This document shows, in pieces, positions 1 to 10,869 of a stretch of DNA of 64,000 nucleotides (its first letter is position 1; the number at the start of each line of letters is the position of its first letter). The translations under genes were made by a program, and so were the position numbers. The notes beneath the pieces were generated by a model, which made no database searches, was not told where the DNA came from, and saw only the letters and a list, made by a program, of their open reading frames with translations. Source of the stretch: Candidatus Limnocylindrus sp. (GTDB taxonomy: Bacteria > Chloroflexota > Limnocylindria > Limnocylindrales > Limnocylindraceae); NCBI GenBank assembly GCA_040397175.1, contig JBBAWM010000001.1, positions 121,976 to 185,975 on the forward strand, read 5' to 3'.

Positions 1-2
1 CC

Positions 3-344
3 GATGGTGGCACTCGCTGCGCGAGCATCACTGGCGGTTGGATCGCCCTGGCCCTCGCCATGCGAGCGAAGAAGCTCGAGGCGCACCTGGTTCGTAACGT
101 TGCCGCTGTGTCGGTCGGCATTGTCGACGGCCGAGCGGTACTAGACCTGCCGTACGAAGAGGATAGCCGCGCCGATGTGGACTTGAATGTGGTCGCCACC
201 GATGCTGGTCACTATGTTGAGCTGCAAGGGACGGCTGAACAAGATCCGTTCCACCGCACCGCACTCGACGAGATGCTCAAGCTCGCCGATGCCGGCATTG
301 CCGACCTGATCACGTTCCAGCGCGATACGCTCGCCGGCGCGTGA
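3..344 (+). CDS. rph: ribonuclease PH (5'-truncated by window edge)
   Basis: Frame is open from position 3 (DGGTRCASITG). Motifs LDLPYEEDSRADVDLNVV and VELQGTAE; followed by rdgB, a conserved gene pair. Confidence 0.95.
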   Translation, partial: DGGTRCASITGGWIALALAMRAKKLEAHLVRNVAAVSVGIVDGRAVLDLPYEEDSRADVDLNVVATDAGHYVELQGTAEQDPFHRTALDEMLKLADAGIADLITFQRDTLAGA

Positions 345-943
345 GCGGGCCGCGACGGCGGCTCCTTGTCGCCACTGGGTCGGCGCATAAGCTGATCGAA
401 CTGCAACGCCTCTTCGGTGACCTGCCGATTGACTTGGTGACGCTCCGCGATCGTGGTATCACCGGCGAGGCCCCAGAAGATGGAGCGACGTTCGAAGAGA
501 ACGCCATACAGAAGGCCCGCTGGTATGCGAGTGCCTCGGGCGAGTGGACGCTCGCCGACGATTCTGGCCTCGAAGTTGCCGCGCTGAACGGCGCGCCCGG
601 CGTCTACACGCGTCGCTACGCCGGGCCAGATGCCACCGATCTGCAGAACTACGAGAAGCTTCTCGCCGAAACAGCGGGAGTCACCGATCGATCGGCGCGC
701 TTTGTCTGCACGATGGCGCTGATTGATCCGGTCGACGGCTCAGAGCGCACCTTCCGCGGCGAGTGCCCTGGCACGCTCACGACGGCGCCACGAGGCGAGT
801 TCGGCTTCGGATACGACCCAATCTTCGAAGTGGATGGTCGAACGATGGCTGAACGCTCACCCGCAGAGAAAGATGCCCTCAGTCATCGGGGTCGTGCCGC
901 GAGCCTTGTTGTCGCCGCGCTGAGGAGTGAGCTGCAGGCTTAA
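341..943 (+). CDS. rdgB: non-canonical purine NTP pyrophosphatase (Ham1/RdgB)
   Basis: TFEENAIQKA, ADDSGLEV, GAPGVY, FGYDPIF and SHRG motifs; GTGA overlap with rph. Confidence 0.95.
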   Translation: MSGPRRRLLVATGSAHKLIELQRLFGDLPIDLVTLRDRGITGEAPEDGATFEENAIQKARWYASASGEWTLADDSGLEVAALNGAPGVYTRRYAGPDATDLQNYEKLLAETAGVTDRSARFVCTMALIDPVDGSERTFRGECPGTLTTAPRGEFGFGYDPIFEVDGRTMAERSPAEKDALSHRGRAASLVVAALRSELQA

Positions 944-2493
944 GGACCTGGGGGAGGAGGCGTTGACGCCGCTGGCTCGGTGCTCTCAGGTGCAGAGGTT
1001 GGATCTGGCGTCGGAGTACGGTGCGACAACGGCAGCCCCGCGTCACACGTCACCAGCGTCGGATACGGGTGTACCGCGGTCGGCGATGCGCTTGGGCTGG
1101 GTGCCGGAGTGGCGCCACTCGCCAGCGGCGAAGGGACAAAGCTCGCCTCGGCGCCGAGCTTCGGTTCACTCTTCGTGGCGGGGAATCCCCAAGGGCGTGT
1201 TCCGGGCGTTGGGAAGAGGCGAGCGCCAAGCATCAGCATGCGATCTGGTTTGAAGAAGACCACTGAGCCGAAGGTGCTGAACTCGCCCTTGTGCCGATAG
1301 CGCAGGATGGTGTCGCCTGGCTCAATCACAGCGCGAACGATCTTGCTCGTGTCGAAGCCCCCGGCCGCCTCGGCGAGCACCGGAATCAGTGCCGGATTGA
1401 GATCGGTGCGAACACCGTCACCAATCACGTCCAAGAGCGAGAGGGCGTTGCTGACGAAGTTGCCACTTCGAGCCAGCTCGTCACGCGCCGCCAGTAGGAT
1501 TTCGATCTGTCGTGGGCCACGAGTCATATCGTCGGTGCCAGGCGCCTTGCGAATGCGCCCGTAGGCGAGTGCGCACTGCCCGCTCACGTGCCAATTACCC
1601 GACGGTAGTCGCACCCCGGCCATGCCTGTTCGATAGGTAACGTCAAAGATCTCTCGGTGAATGGTCAGGTCAACGCCTCCGAGCTGGTCAATGATCTTGA
1701 CGAAGGTCGGGATGATCACTACAGCTGTGGCATCGATCTTGACGTTGAACATGGCGCCGAGGGCGGTACTGAGCGCCACTGCCGGGCCAGCGGGATACAA
1801 CTTTGGGTGGCGCAATGCGTGCGACCAGAGCGAGTTGATCTTTGGAGCGTAGACGTCACCATTCCCGAGTGGCACGTTCACAAGGTCTCGAGGAATTGAG
1901 ACGGTGCTGACATACCCGCTGATTCGGTCCCAGCTGACGATGATCATGGCGTCGGTGTTGAATGAGTTGCGATTACCAACCGTGTCCGCACCGATCAGCA
2001 GCAGCGTGAAACGATCAGCAAGTGGTGGTGGCGTTGGCGTCGCGCTCTCAGCCGGGGAGCCGTCGGGGGTCGGGGTGCCGAAGCCCGAGAAGACATCAGC
2101 TGCTGCGACCTTGGCGCGATAGACGATCGCCGCCGCACCCGCCTGTGGTGCGATGGAGATAAGGAGCGCAAGTGCGAGCAGGATCGCCGAACGGCGAGTG
2201 CGCGTGGTGCCGCGCGCGGCATCTACGGTTACGGCAATGCGCCACGGAATGGAGAGGAGCAGGAGGGCAAAGAGCAGGGTGAGGCGGCCAGGCGTGGCAA
2301 TTGCAGCCGCAGTGCGCACCACGCCGAAGAGGAGGAGTGCGCCGGTGGTCGTCGTGACGATCACGAGGAGGGGGAGGGCGGAGAGGAGTGCGGCGCGACG
2401 TCGACCGCCAAGCCACTGGCCCAGCCCAGGCAGGATCGCCGATGCGACGGCGGATCGGAGGGAGCCGATTTTAGGCGTGGAATCAGGAGTCAT
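940..2493 (-). CDS. LCP (LytR-CpsA-Psr) family cell-wall glycopolymer transferase
   Basis: N-terminal TM helices; [30 protein letters not shown] and D..R..RQ motifs. Confidence 0.85.
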   Translation of the reverse strand: MTPDSTPKIGSLRSAVASAILPGLGQWLGGRRRAALLSALPLLVIVTTTTGALLLFGVVRTAAAIATPGRLTLLFALLLLSIPWRIAVTVDAARGTTRTRRSAILLALALLISIAPQAGAAAIVYRAKVAAADVFSGFGTPTPDGSPAESATPTPPPLADRFTLLLIGADTVGNRNSFNTDAMIIVSWDRISGYVSTVSIPRDLVNVPLGNGDVYAPKINSLWSHALRHPKLYPAGPAVALSTALGAMFNVKIDATAVVIIPTFVKIIDQLGGVDLTIHREIFDVTYRTGMAGVRLPSGNWHVSGQCALAYGRIRKAPGTDDMTRGPRQIEILLAARDELARSGNFVSNALSLLDVIGDGVRTDLNPALIPVLAEAAGGFDTSKIVRAVIEPGDTILRYRHKGEFSTFGSVVFFKPDRMLMLGARLFPTPGTRPWGFPATKSEPKLGAEASFVPSPLASGATPAPSPSASPTAVHPYPTLVTCDAGLPLSHRTPTPDPTSAPESTEPAASTPPPPGP

Positions 2494-2541
2494 AGGGTGA
2501 TGATGCCACCCGAATGGGTGGAGCGTTTAGGATGAGCAGGT

Positions 2542-2619
<78 letters not shown>

Positions 2620-2680
2620 AACCTTTTCCCTCCTGCCCTCCAAACTTCGTCACCCAGATGGCCTCGTTTAGACTGATGCC

Positions 2681-3331
2681 ATGACGAGCCAGCCCCTCTC
2701 GGAGCGCCTCAGCGCCGGATACCGTCGTTTTCGCGCCGGTCGCTACAACGACGAGCGCGTGCGATATGACGAGCTTGCGCGCGAGGGGCAGAAGCCGCGC
2801 ACGATGATCGTTGCCTGTTCTGACTCGCGCTCTGCGCCAGAGACGATCTTCGATGCCGGCCCAGGTGAACTCTTTGTGGTGCGCAATGTCGCCGCCCTTG
2901 TTCCTCTCTACGCTCCCGATGCCAAGAGCCATGGGGCGAGTGCCGCCCTTGAGTTCGCCGTCCTCGGCCTCGAAGTCGACTCCATCGTGGTCATGGGGCA
3001 CGGGCGTTGTGGGGGCGTTGGTGCGGCGCTCGACCCCGCATCTCGGCTGACGGACTCTGACTTCATTGGCGCTTGGGTCGCCGACCTGCGGACGCTTGAC
3101 GAGCGAACCCCAGCCTCGACGGCTGGTGGACCAGCAGAGCGACAGCGCCTGATTGAGCACCTCAGCGTGCAGCAGTCGCTCGAGCATCTCCGCACCTTCC
3201 CGTGGATCGCCGAGCGCGAGCGCGCCGGCAGCCTCACGCTCCACGGCGCCTGGTTCGACATTTCGCTCGGGGAGCTCCATGCCCTTTCGGGCAGCGAATG
3301 GCTCCCACAGCCGTACGACCAGGCGGGGTGA
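2681..3331 (+). CDS. beta-class carbonic anhydrase
   Basis: [16 protein letters not shown] and GHGRCGG zinc-ligand motifs. Confidence 0.93.
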   Translation: MTSQPLSERLSAGYRRFRAGRYNDERVRYDELAREGQKPRTMIVACSDSRSAPETIFDAGPGELFVVRNVAALVPLYAPDAKSHGASAALEFAVLGLEVDSIVVMGHGRCGGVGAALDPASRLTDSDFIGAWVADLRTLDERTPASTAGGPAERQRLIEHLSVQQSLEHLRTFPWIAERERAGSLTLHGAWFDISLGELHALSGSEWLPQPYDQAG

Positions 3332-3415
3332 CCCCTTCGGGAACCGCCAGCCCCGCTCGCTCGTTACGATACTGTTGGGGACACTCCCCACATAGAGATG
3401 AAGTTGAGGTGAACC

Positions 3416-4330
3416 GTGCGAACACTCCTGAAGGTCTTCCTCCCGCTCGCCCTCCTGCTGGCGGCGGTTGCCCCAGCGGCTGCTGCTGACGAGGTTCCGG
3501 CTCCAGACGCCACCCCAGAGGCGGTGATGTACTCAGTCGGCGGCTATAGCGGCACACTTCCGATCGCCTCTCCCGCGGATGCACATGCCGCGGTGCTTGC
3601 CGCTGGCGGGCCATTCGCCGATTTCACCTACAACGACGGCGCGCTGATTGGCGCCACGAAGTACTACGACGTCAAGGGCGAACCAGGAGGCTCGGCCACA
3701 TGGATTGTGGTCTACACCTACGGTTGGAACGACTGCAACGCGGGCTGCATCAACGGACATAGCTTTGTGTATCAGGTCGACCCACTGACTGGCGCAGCAA
3801 CCTTTGATAGCCACCAGGGCGATGTACTGCCTGCCGACGCACCAGCAGAGCTGGTCGCGATCACCGGTCGCAGCGGCGGCGTCGTGCCGGAGGCGTACTG
3901 GCGCACACTTACCGGTGAGCCGAGCGCCTGCCCAGAGGGAATCACCGATCCAAATGCACCAATTTCGAGTGACACTGTTCTGCCGTGCCTGCTGCCAGAC
4001 GGCTCACTCTTCCCAGATGTGATGGCCGCAAATTCTGGTGGCGGGAACGACTTGGCCACGATGTACAGCACTTGGATGGAAGAGTTTCGCGCAAGCCTTG
4101 AGCCGTGCGCTGAGGGTGTTGACGTGACCGATCCAACCATTGCGCCATGCCTGCTGGCGGACGGCACGGTCGTTGGTGCAATGCCACTCTTTGCCATCAT
4201 GGACAAGGCCGGAGTTGGCGAGCAGGACAACAGCTGGACCACCACACTGCCAACCATCATCTTGGCGGCACTGCTCGCTTGGATCGGTGCTGCGGCACTC
4301 GTTGGTCGATCGAAGCGCCGCGCCGCGTAA
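3416..4330 (+). CDS. secreted, C-terminally anchored hypothetical protein
   Basis: Signal peptide, GWNDCNAGC motif, two C..G...PCLLxDG repeats, C-terminal TM and basic tail; GAGG RBS. Confidence 0.7.
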   Translation: MRTLLKVFLPLALLLAAVAPAAAADEVPAPDATPEAVMYSVGGYSGTLPIASPADAHAAVLAAGGPFADFTYNDGALIGATKYYDVKGEPGGSATWIVVYTYGWNDCNAGCINGHSFVYQVDPLTGAATFDSHQGDVLPADAPAELVAITGRSGGVVPEAYWRTLTGEPSACPEGITDPNAPISSDTVLPCLLPDGSLFPDVMAANSGGGNDLATMYSTWMEEFRASLEPCAEGVDVTDPTIAPCLLADGTVVGAMPLFAIMDKAGVGEQDNSWTTTLPTIILAALLAWIGAAALVGRSKRRAA

Positions 4331-4388
4331 CTCGCGGCTCGCGCGCACAAGGAGCTACCGGGCGACCCCGGCCGAGCCGCTCAGGCGG

Positions 4389-4865
4389 TCAGGTTGGGGT
4401 CGTTCCCCATTCGTAGTTCTGCTTCAAGATTCGCAGGTAGACGAACGTCTCGGTTTCAAGCACGCCAGCGATGGAGCGCAGTCGATCGGTGAGGAAGGTG
4501 AGCAGCGCATCATTGTCTTCGCAGACCACTTCGATCAGTAGGTCGTAGGCGCCAGCCACCACCACGCAGTAGCTCACCTCGGGGAGCTCTTCGAGCTCCT
4601 TGGCGGTGGTGAGGAGTGCGGCGGGAGTGCAGCGCACACCGATCATGGCCATCAGCGGGTAGCCAACCTTGAGCGGATCGGCCACGGCGATGACCTTGAG
4701 TGCACCGCGATCAACGAGCCCCTTGTACCGAGCGCGGATGGTTGACTCGGGGACACCGAATGCGGCGGCGATTTCCGTGAAGGGCTTGCGGCCATCGGCC
4801 TGCAGGACCTCCATCAGGCGACGATCGAGGTCGTCGAGCGCTCCGTGGTTGCTCCCTCGTGCCAT
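4389..4865 (-). CDS. Lrp/AsnC family transcriptional regulator
   Basis: LDDLDRRLMEVLQADGR HTH and GAYDLL motif. Start trimmed to MARGSN behind a GGGGGTGAG RBS. Confidence 0.9.
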   Translation of the reverse strand: MARGSNHGALDDLDRRLMEVLQADGRKPFTEIAAAFGVPESTIRARYKGLVDRGALKVIAVADPLKVGYPLMAMIGVRCTPAALLTTAKELEELPEVSYCVVVAGAYDLLIEVVCEDNDALLTFLTDRLRSIAGVLETETFVYLRILKQNYEWGTTPT

Positions 4866-4945
4866 CTCACCCCCTGTAGTGCGTTGACGCCGCCACGGCG
4901 TCTGCGGGGCAGATGGCCCAGCGGGGCGAAGGCTACCATCAGCGG

Positions 4946-6385
4946 GTGATACGTGGCCCACTCCTCCTCGCGCGCGCCCTTCTGGCAAATGTTCGTTTTG
5001 CCGTGCTCCAGATCGGCGTAATCGCCCTCGCCGCCACGGTTGGCATCGCGCTCCGCCAGCTCCCCGACTACGCACTGCAGAACGCTGGCGATTACGCCAC
5101 CGAGATGGCGAAGCTGCGTGCCACCTACGAGCCCACACTTGGGCCACTGGTGGGGATCTTCGAGCGCCTCGGCCTCTTCCGGGTCTTCACCTCGCCCTGG
5201 TTTACGGCCCTGCTGGTGCTCCTCACCGTGTCGATCGTTGTCTGCACCTGGGACCGACTCCCCAAGATCGCAGCGGCGACGGCGCCATCGCGACCAGAGC
5301 AGCCCGACACATTCTTCTCCCCGTCACTTCCTGGACGTGGCGTGATCGACCTCCCCGCCGCGCTACCAGTTGATGCCACCCTTGGCCACCGGGCGACCGC
5401 TGCGGCCGCCGAGGCGAAACTTAACGGCTGGGAGGTGAGCGTTGCCGCCGACCCAGAGCGCAGCGGTGGTCTCCTCCTTCATGCAGACCGGTTCCGCCGT
5501 TCGGGTCGCTTCACGCTGGTGATGCACACAGGGTTAGTGGTGATGCTGCTCGGCGCGGCAGCTTCGGGAATCTTTGGGTACACCCAAGGGATCTTGCTGA
5601 CAGATGGCGAGGCACTACCCGTGGGGAAGATCGGCACTGCAGACGGCCTCGTAATCGTGAACCACTCCTTCAGCGCACCGCGAACCTCGACAGGCGCATT
5701 TGCCGATTTCGCTACCGATCTTGGCGTCTATGTTGGTGGGGAAGAGGTGGCGCGACAGAGGGTGCGCGTCAATGAGCCGCTCTCCTACAACGGTTGGAGC
5801 TTCCACCAGAACTTCTTTGGACCAGCCGCGCGACTCGAGATTCGTGACGATACTGGTGCACTGCTCTGGTCGGGTGATGCTCCCTTCTCGGCGCAGGTCG
5901 ACGGGGCGCCGTATGCGACCCTGCCGATCCCCGGGAGCAGCGCAGGAATCGAGATGCAGTTACGTCGAGATGCAAGCGGCGTCGCCGCGATCTTTATCGT
6001 CGCGAGTGCCCCAGATCTCGGCGCTACACCCGCGGACGACGGTTCACTGCCCCTCAAGACGATCTTCGCCTCGGTCCTTGCTGAGGGCGACATCGCAACT
6101 GCGCCTGGTGCGGGCTTCAGTGTCTATCTTCGTGAGATCACTTCGTATACGGGGATCATTGCGCGACGTGATCCAGCGTCACTCATCATCTGGATTGCGG
6201 CAGCGCTGATCATGGGTGGCCTCATGCTGACCCTTCGTCGGCCGCGCGCGCGCCTCTGGTTGCAGATTCGCCCTGGCATCAGCACCGTGCCCATCGTGCT
6301 CCTTACGGAACGGGGCGCCGATCCGGTTCAATATGGCGCCATCATTCAGCGGATCACGCGTCATTTAGGGGAAGAGGGGGCGTAA
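4946..6385 (+). CDS. resB: cytochrome c biogenesis protein ResB/CcsB (system II)
   Basis: LGLFRVFTSPWF...VCT, conserved His (VMHTGL), VNEPL and YTG...RDP before the C-terminal TM. Start moved to GTG 4946 because TACCAT lies 6 nt upstream. Confidence 0.85.
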   Translation: MIRGPLLLARALLANVRFAVLQIGVIALAATVGIALRQLPDYALQNAGDYATEMAKLRATYEPTLGPLVGIFERLGLFRVFTSPWFTALLVLLTVSIVVCTWDRLPKIAAATAPSRPEQPDTFFSPSLPGRGVIDLPAALPVDATLGHRATAAAAEAKLNGWEVSVAADPERSGGLLLHADRFRRSGRFTLVMHTGLVVMLLGAAASGIFGYTQGILLTDGEALPVGKIGTADGLVIVNHSFSAPRTSTGAFADFATDLGVYVGGEEVARQRVRVNEPLSYNGWSFHQNFFGPAARLEIRDDTGALLWSGDAPFSAQVDGAPYATLPIPGSSAGIEMQLRRDASGVAAIFIVASAPDLGATPADDGSLPLKTIFASVLAEGDIATAPGAGFSVYLREITSYTGIIARRDPASLIIWIAAALIMGGLMLTLRRPRARLWLQIRPGISTVPIVLLTERGADPVQYGAIIQRITRHLGEEGA

Positions 6386-7977
6386 TGGCGTCGCTACGCG
6401 AGCTCGTGCAGACGCTCCTTCCCAACGCCGTGCCGCTGGCAAAGGTGCGCGAAGAATCGATGGCACGCACCGTCACCTGGGTGCGCGTGATGCGCATGCG
6501 TCTTCCGGCCTTCGATGGCATGGAGTCGGGAGATCTGGCGTTGATTCCACTCGCACTCCTCACTGCGGCGGCCCCCGACACACAGGCGCGCGCCGATCTA
6601 GTGGAGTACCTCGCAGAGAACGGGAGTACCGGCATCTTGCTCATCGGCGATGAACAGCTGGGCGCTACGGAGGCGAGGGCACGCGCTGAACTCGCTCAGG
6701 CCGCCGAACGGAACGGGCTCCCCTGTCTCGCCGTGCATGGCGTGGAGTCAGCGCAGCTGGAGCGCAGCCTCATTGGCGCGGTCGTCAATCGTCGAGCCGA
6801 ACTTGAGCGACAGGCCGTTGGGCTCGAGCGCCAGATTGCGGCCCTAGCACTCGATGGCCAGGGGCTAGAGGCGCTCGTCGGTGCACTCGCCGCATTCATC
6901 GGCCGCGCGGTGGCCCTTGAGGCGCGCGGTGGCGTCTCACTAGCCGTTGTGGCCCCGGCCGGCCTCCCCTCAAGTGCCGCCGCGGCGAAGGCGGTCTCGC
7001 ACTACCTCTCCAAGAGCCGACCAACCGGACAGCGCATCCCGCTGCCAGCCGTACCGGGAGCGCCAGAGGGCGAGCGGGAACTCGACGAAGGGCTCGAAGA
7101 GTCGCCACTCGGTGATGAAGAGGCGGAACGGCCCGGCTCCATCATTCTGCTCGGCGACGAACCGGTCGGCGAGCGCGATCGTATCGCCTGCGAGCGCGTC
7201 GCCCCGCTTCTTGCCCTCGAGATCGTCCGCGTTGCCGCCGAACTTCCTGCCAATGCGGGTCGCGGGGAGGCGCGCACGCTGCCGGCGGAGGGACCACCCT
7301 GGGTGGCCATCGCGGCACGCCAGCCGCGGCCACACGAGGCCGATGTTCCAGGGCTCCGGCGTGAACTACGCCTACTCGCGAGCCCACGCCGTTTCATGTT
7401 GCGCGGAAGTAACGAGAGCCTCGAGGTGCGCATTATTGCCGTGGCTGACGCGAGCGATCCTGGCGCCGCAGAATCTGCACGAAAGGTCGCCAAGCGACTG
7501 AAGCGACCGGTCGCCGTGTCGCGTCCATTCACCGAAGCTTCGGCACGACCCGCCGCCGAGGCGGAGGCGCGAGCCGCACTTGAATCGCTGGAGCGTCGCA
7601 TCGGCGGTCGTGCCGGCAGCGGAGGTGAGCAGGTCGTGCGCGCCGAACTCCTCCCCGCCCATCAACTGCTCGGCTCCGTCATGACCATCCCGGAAGGGCG
7701 ACGTCTCGCGCTCGCACTCCTTGGGCCGCTCCTTGTTGGCACAGCCGCTGCCCGTCGCCAGCGCATCGAAACGGTCCGCGCCATCCTCGACGCCCCCGGC
7801 TCTTCTGAGGCAAGCAGCTCACTCGGTGTGCATCGCAACACCACCGCCTACCGCCTCAAGCGTATTGAAGAGGTAACAGGGTGGGACCTGCGCGAGCCTG
7901 ACCTTCGTCTCGCCCTCTCGTTGGCGCTTCGCATCTTGGATGCTGAAGGTGGCTTTGATGGGGGCACCAGCGAGTAG
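6385..7977 (+). CDS. PucR family transcriptional regulator
   Basis: N-terminal VTWV..MR...GDL domain and C-terminal HTH LGVHRNTTAYRLKRIEEVTG. Confidence 0.85.
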   Translation: MASLRELVQTLLPNAVPLAKVREESMARTVTWVRVMRMRLPAFDGMESGDLALIPLALLTAAAPDTQARADLVEYLAENGSTGILLIGDEQLGATEARARAELAQAAERNGLPCLAVHGVESAQLERSLIGAVVNRRAELERQAVGLERQIAALALDGQGLEALVGALAAFIGRAVALEARGGVSLAVVAPAGLPSSAAAAKAVSHYLSKSRPTGQRIPLPAVPGAPEGERELDEGLEESPLGDEEAERPGSIILLGDEPVGERDRIACERVAPLLALEIVRVAAELPANAGRGEARTLPAEGPPWVAIAARQPRPHEADVPGLRRELRLLASPRRFMLRGSNESLEVRIIAVADASDPGAAESARKVAKRLKRPVAVSRPFTEASARPAAEAEARAALESLERRIGGRAGSGGEQVVRAELLPAHQLLGSVMTIPEGRRLALALLGPLLVGTAAARRQRIETVRAILDAPGSSEASSSLGVHRNTTAYRLKRIEEVTGWDLREPDLRLALSLALRILDAEGGFDGGTSE

Positions 7978-8034
7978 ATCCAAACCTGTTTGGGCTCACA
8001 GGATCCGATTTCGGGTAGGCGGTAGAATCAGGTC

Positions 8035-10851
8035 ATGGAACGTAAGGCGGCATCTCGAATGACGCTCCGTCGCGCCATTGCGCTCGCAGGGGCCGCCCTC
8101 CTCTGCTTCTCTGGCGTAGTGGGCGTGGCGGGCGTCAACCCGACCCCAGCGGCCGCCGCAACCTTCGTGCAGAAGCCGTGCACCGATTGGAAGAGCGAAA
8201 TCTCACCTCCCGATACGATCCGTGTGCTTCGAACGAACACCGGCGTCGTAGAAGAGATCCCCTTCAAGCTCTATGTCTACCGCACCCACGTGGCCGAGTT
8301 CTACACCGAATACAAGGCCAGCCCCTATAGCGATGCACTCCTTGGCGTTGCTGCCATCGCGATCAAGCAGAACGCGTGGTCCTGGACCATGGCGCGTGCT
8401 GACGGCGAGCGCAATTGGTGGGCTGTTTCGAGCTCCACCGCGACGCAGCAGGAGTGGGTCCGTGGGGATCTTGCCGATGACGGACTCCTCAACGGAACGT
8501 TTGGGCAGGAGGGACTCTCGAAGTCGGAGCGAGCCAACAAGAATTTTCAGTATCGCGTGGCAATGCGGATTCGCTTCGGAGTCGACCTCCTCAATGACGG
8601 GATCGGTGGCCTTGTTCGCGATGACGCGGCGGGACACTACACGGCACCACTCGCCGTGTACAACGAGAGTGGCGGGATCGTGCCAGTCGCATCGCTGCCA
8701 GCCGATACCCCCCGCTCGTGCTTCGACATCACCGACGAGCCCTCCATCAACCAGATCTATCGAACGGGTGGTATCTACGATCCAGGCTGGGTCTCGGGGA
8801 GCCGGAGCACTGCGCGATACAACGCCGCCGTCGACGCCACGTGGGGAATCACCGTCCAGCGACTCAAGGACGATGGCAAGTGGTACTTCGCGAACCCAGG
8901 TTTCTATGGATCGTGGGATGGGGGTGGCGGTGTCTTCACCGGATGTCTCGCGCCACCACGCACGGGCCAGGATGGGATCCCCTTGCGGCACGCCAAGCAG
9001 CCAGGGCACTATCGCGGGGTCTCACTCTTCGTCATGAATGCGGACACTTGTGCGAAAGAGCACGACCTCTCGGTGGAAGAGCTGATCCGCTACGTGTGGT
9101 ACACCGTTGACGGCACCGCTACGGGTGAGACCTCGTATAGCAAGCCGGGCTCACGCGCCTACAAGTACCACATCAACTGGATCGAGCCAAACCGCATCAT
9201 CTCGCCAGGCATTGATGTCACCGGTGATGGAAAGGGTGACTTCACCGCAATCGGTGCGGACGGCTCCATCAAATTCCTCTCGGCAGACAAGTACGTCGGA
9301 AAAAATGGCCGCTTGCGCAACCGCGTTCCAGGGGTCGTGCCCGCACTGCCTGGCGCCGCCCTCATCGACCGCGATATTGCCCGAACAGAGCGCGATGGTG
9401 GCCTTTCCGTGCTCAGCCTGTGGCGCGCAACCAACGGAGCGGTCAGCCTCATCAAGACGCCGATCTCCAGCGGCGTCCTGGGCACCTCGGTCACCATCCT
9501 GGACGCGTACACCGGCTTTGATACGACGGCACACCTTGCCCTCGATATTGCCGACACCTCGGCTGACATCATCCAGGAGTTCTTCATCACCGAGCGCACG
9601 CCAGACCTGACCGACGCCACTACCGCGCGACTCCGCCTCTTCGAGGTCAACACTGCTGGGCCACCAACGCAACTGATCGACACACCGACTGGTCCCGATG
9701 CAGTCACGCTGCTGCGAGATATCACACGAGATGGCGTGCCAGACGTCACGGTACTCTGGCGCGCGAGCGACGGGGCACTCATGGCGGCAGCGGCGGCTGG
9801 ATCGCTGAGCTACACGCCAAACACCCATTGGACGCTCGGCGCCTTGATTACCCCTGGCGCGCTGCTCTGGCCCATCGCCAGGGACTGGAGCGTCACCGCT
9901 ACCGACGCGCTGGGCGATACCGGCGCGGAACTCTATCTCAGCTATCGCGACCTCAAGGGGATCGGCCACATCGTGCGCCTGTCAATGAGTGAGATCCTCG
10001 ACCTTGGAAACCTGCCGGCCGTCAGCCCCGATCTGGTTTTCACCCCTGAAACCGCCCCACTGCAAACAACCACCGTGAAGAGAGGTGAGAGCACTCTCGC
10101 TAAGGTAGCGGCACGACTTGGTTACAAGAGTGGCACCACTGCCTACAGCCAGTTCTTTGCGTTGAATGCGGGTCCCGTGCGACAAGAGACGATTCGCAAA
10201 GGTGACACCTACGCGAAGATCGCAAAACGCGTTGGGCGTACTGAGGGATGCCTACGATCAATGAATCCGACGAGTGCAAGGGTTGCCTACCCAGCGAAGG
10301 TCTTGGTTGTCGGGAAGCGGGTCAACGTTCCCGTGGATACCACATGTGTCTACACGGCAAAGAGTGTCATGTACCGCACTGCACCCGTACGCATTCTCGC
10401 TGGAGAGGTCGATTGGTTGCGCCCAGGTGATACCTGGGAGGCCGTCGCAACGCGTGCCGCCACCATCGGCGTAACGGTGGACGCAGCGGGCCTCGCCGCG
10501 CTGAACCCAACGATTGATCTGACCACCGCCACCGCAGGTACCGAGATTCGGATCCGTGCCCCGTGGACCGCCGTCGTGCGCAGCAACGTACCCGCCACTA
10601 CCTTCGCAGTGGGAACACGCACGTACGCGTGGGGGAGCCCGCTCGAGGTGTGGAAGGCCGCCGCCTCAGGGAGCGTGCCGAAGCTAATGGTCCGCGACTG
10701 GACCGGCGACGGGATCCTCGACCTCTTCTTTACGAGCGTCTCCTCTACGGGAACCGTCACCCTCGAGCGCCTCGGCTACTCGAGCGGCCGGCTGGTGCAG
10801 AAGGAGAAGGTCACGCGCACCTCGGTCGGCAAGGGTTGGACGTTGCAGTAG
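8035..10851 (+). CDS. large secreted protein: SpoIID/LytB-like domain, FG-GAP-like repeats, LysM-like repeats
   Basis: Signal peptide; IPFKLYV..VAEF, QIY and AAVDATWG; DxTxDGxxD repeats; KGDTYAKIAKR..LRSMNP and PGDTWEAVA..LAALNP. Confidence 0.7.
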   Translation: MERKAASRMTLRRAIALAGAALLCFSGVVGVAGVNPTPAAAATFVQKPCTDWKSEISPPDTIRVLRTNTGVVEEIPFKLYVYRTHVAEFYTEYKASPYSDALLGVAAIAIKQNAWSWTMARADGERNWWAVSSSTATQQEWVRGDLADDGLLNGTFGQEGLSKSERANKNFQYRVAMRIRFGVDLLNDGIGGLVRDDAAGHYTAPLAVYNESGGIVPVASLPADTPRSCFDITDEPSINQIYRTGGIYDPGWVSGSRSTARYNAAVDATWGITVQRLKDDGKWYFANPGFYGSWDGGGGVFTGCLAPPRTGQDGIPLRHAKQPGHYRGVSLFVMNADTCAKEHDLSVEELIRYVWYTVDGTATGETSYSKPGSRAYKYHINWIEPNRIISPGIDVTGDGKGDFTAIGADGSIKFLSADKYVGKNGRLRNRVPGVVPALPGAALIDRDIARTERDGGLSVLSLWRATNGAVSLIKTPISSGVLGTSVTILDAYTGFDTTAHLALDIADTSADIIQEFFITERTPDLTDATTARLRLFEVNTAGPPTQLIDTPTGPDAVTLLRDITRDGVPDVTVLWRASDGALMAAAAAGSLSYTPNTHWTLGALITPGALLWPIARDWSVTATDALGDTGAELYLSYRDLKGIGHIVRLSMSEILDLGNLPAVSPDLVFTPETAPLQTTTVKRGESTLAKVAARLGYKSGTTAYSQFFALNAGPVRQETIRKGDTYAKIAKRVGRTEGCLRSMNPTSARVAYPAKVLVVGKRVNVPVDTTCVYTAKSVMYRTAPVRILAGEVDWLRPGDTWEAVATRAATIGVTVDAAGLAALNPTIDLTTATAGTEIRIRAPWTAVVRSNVPATTFAVGTRTYAWGSPLEVWKAAASGSVPKLMVRDWTGDGILDLFFTSVSSTGTVTLERLGYSSGRLVQKEKVTRTSVGKGWTLQ

Positions 10852-10869
10852 GGGCAAAACCGCCCGTTC

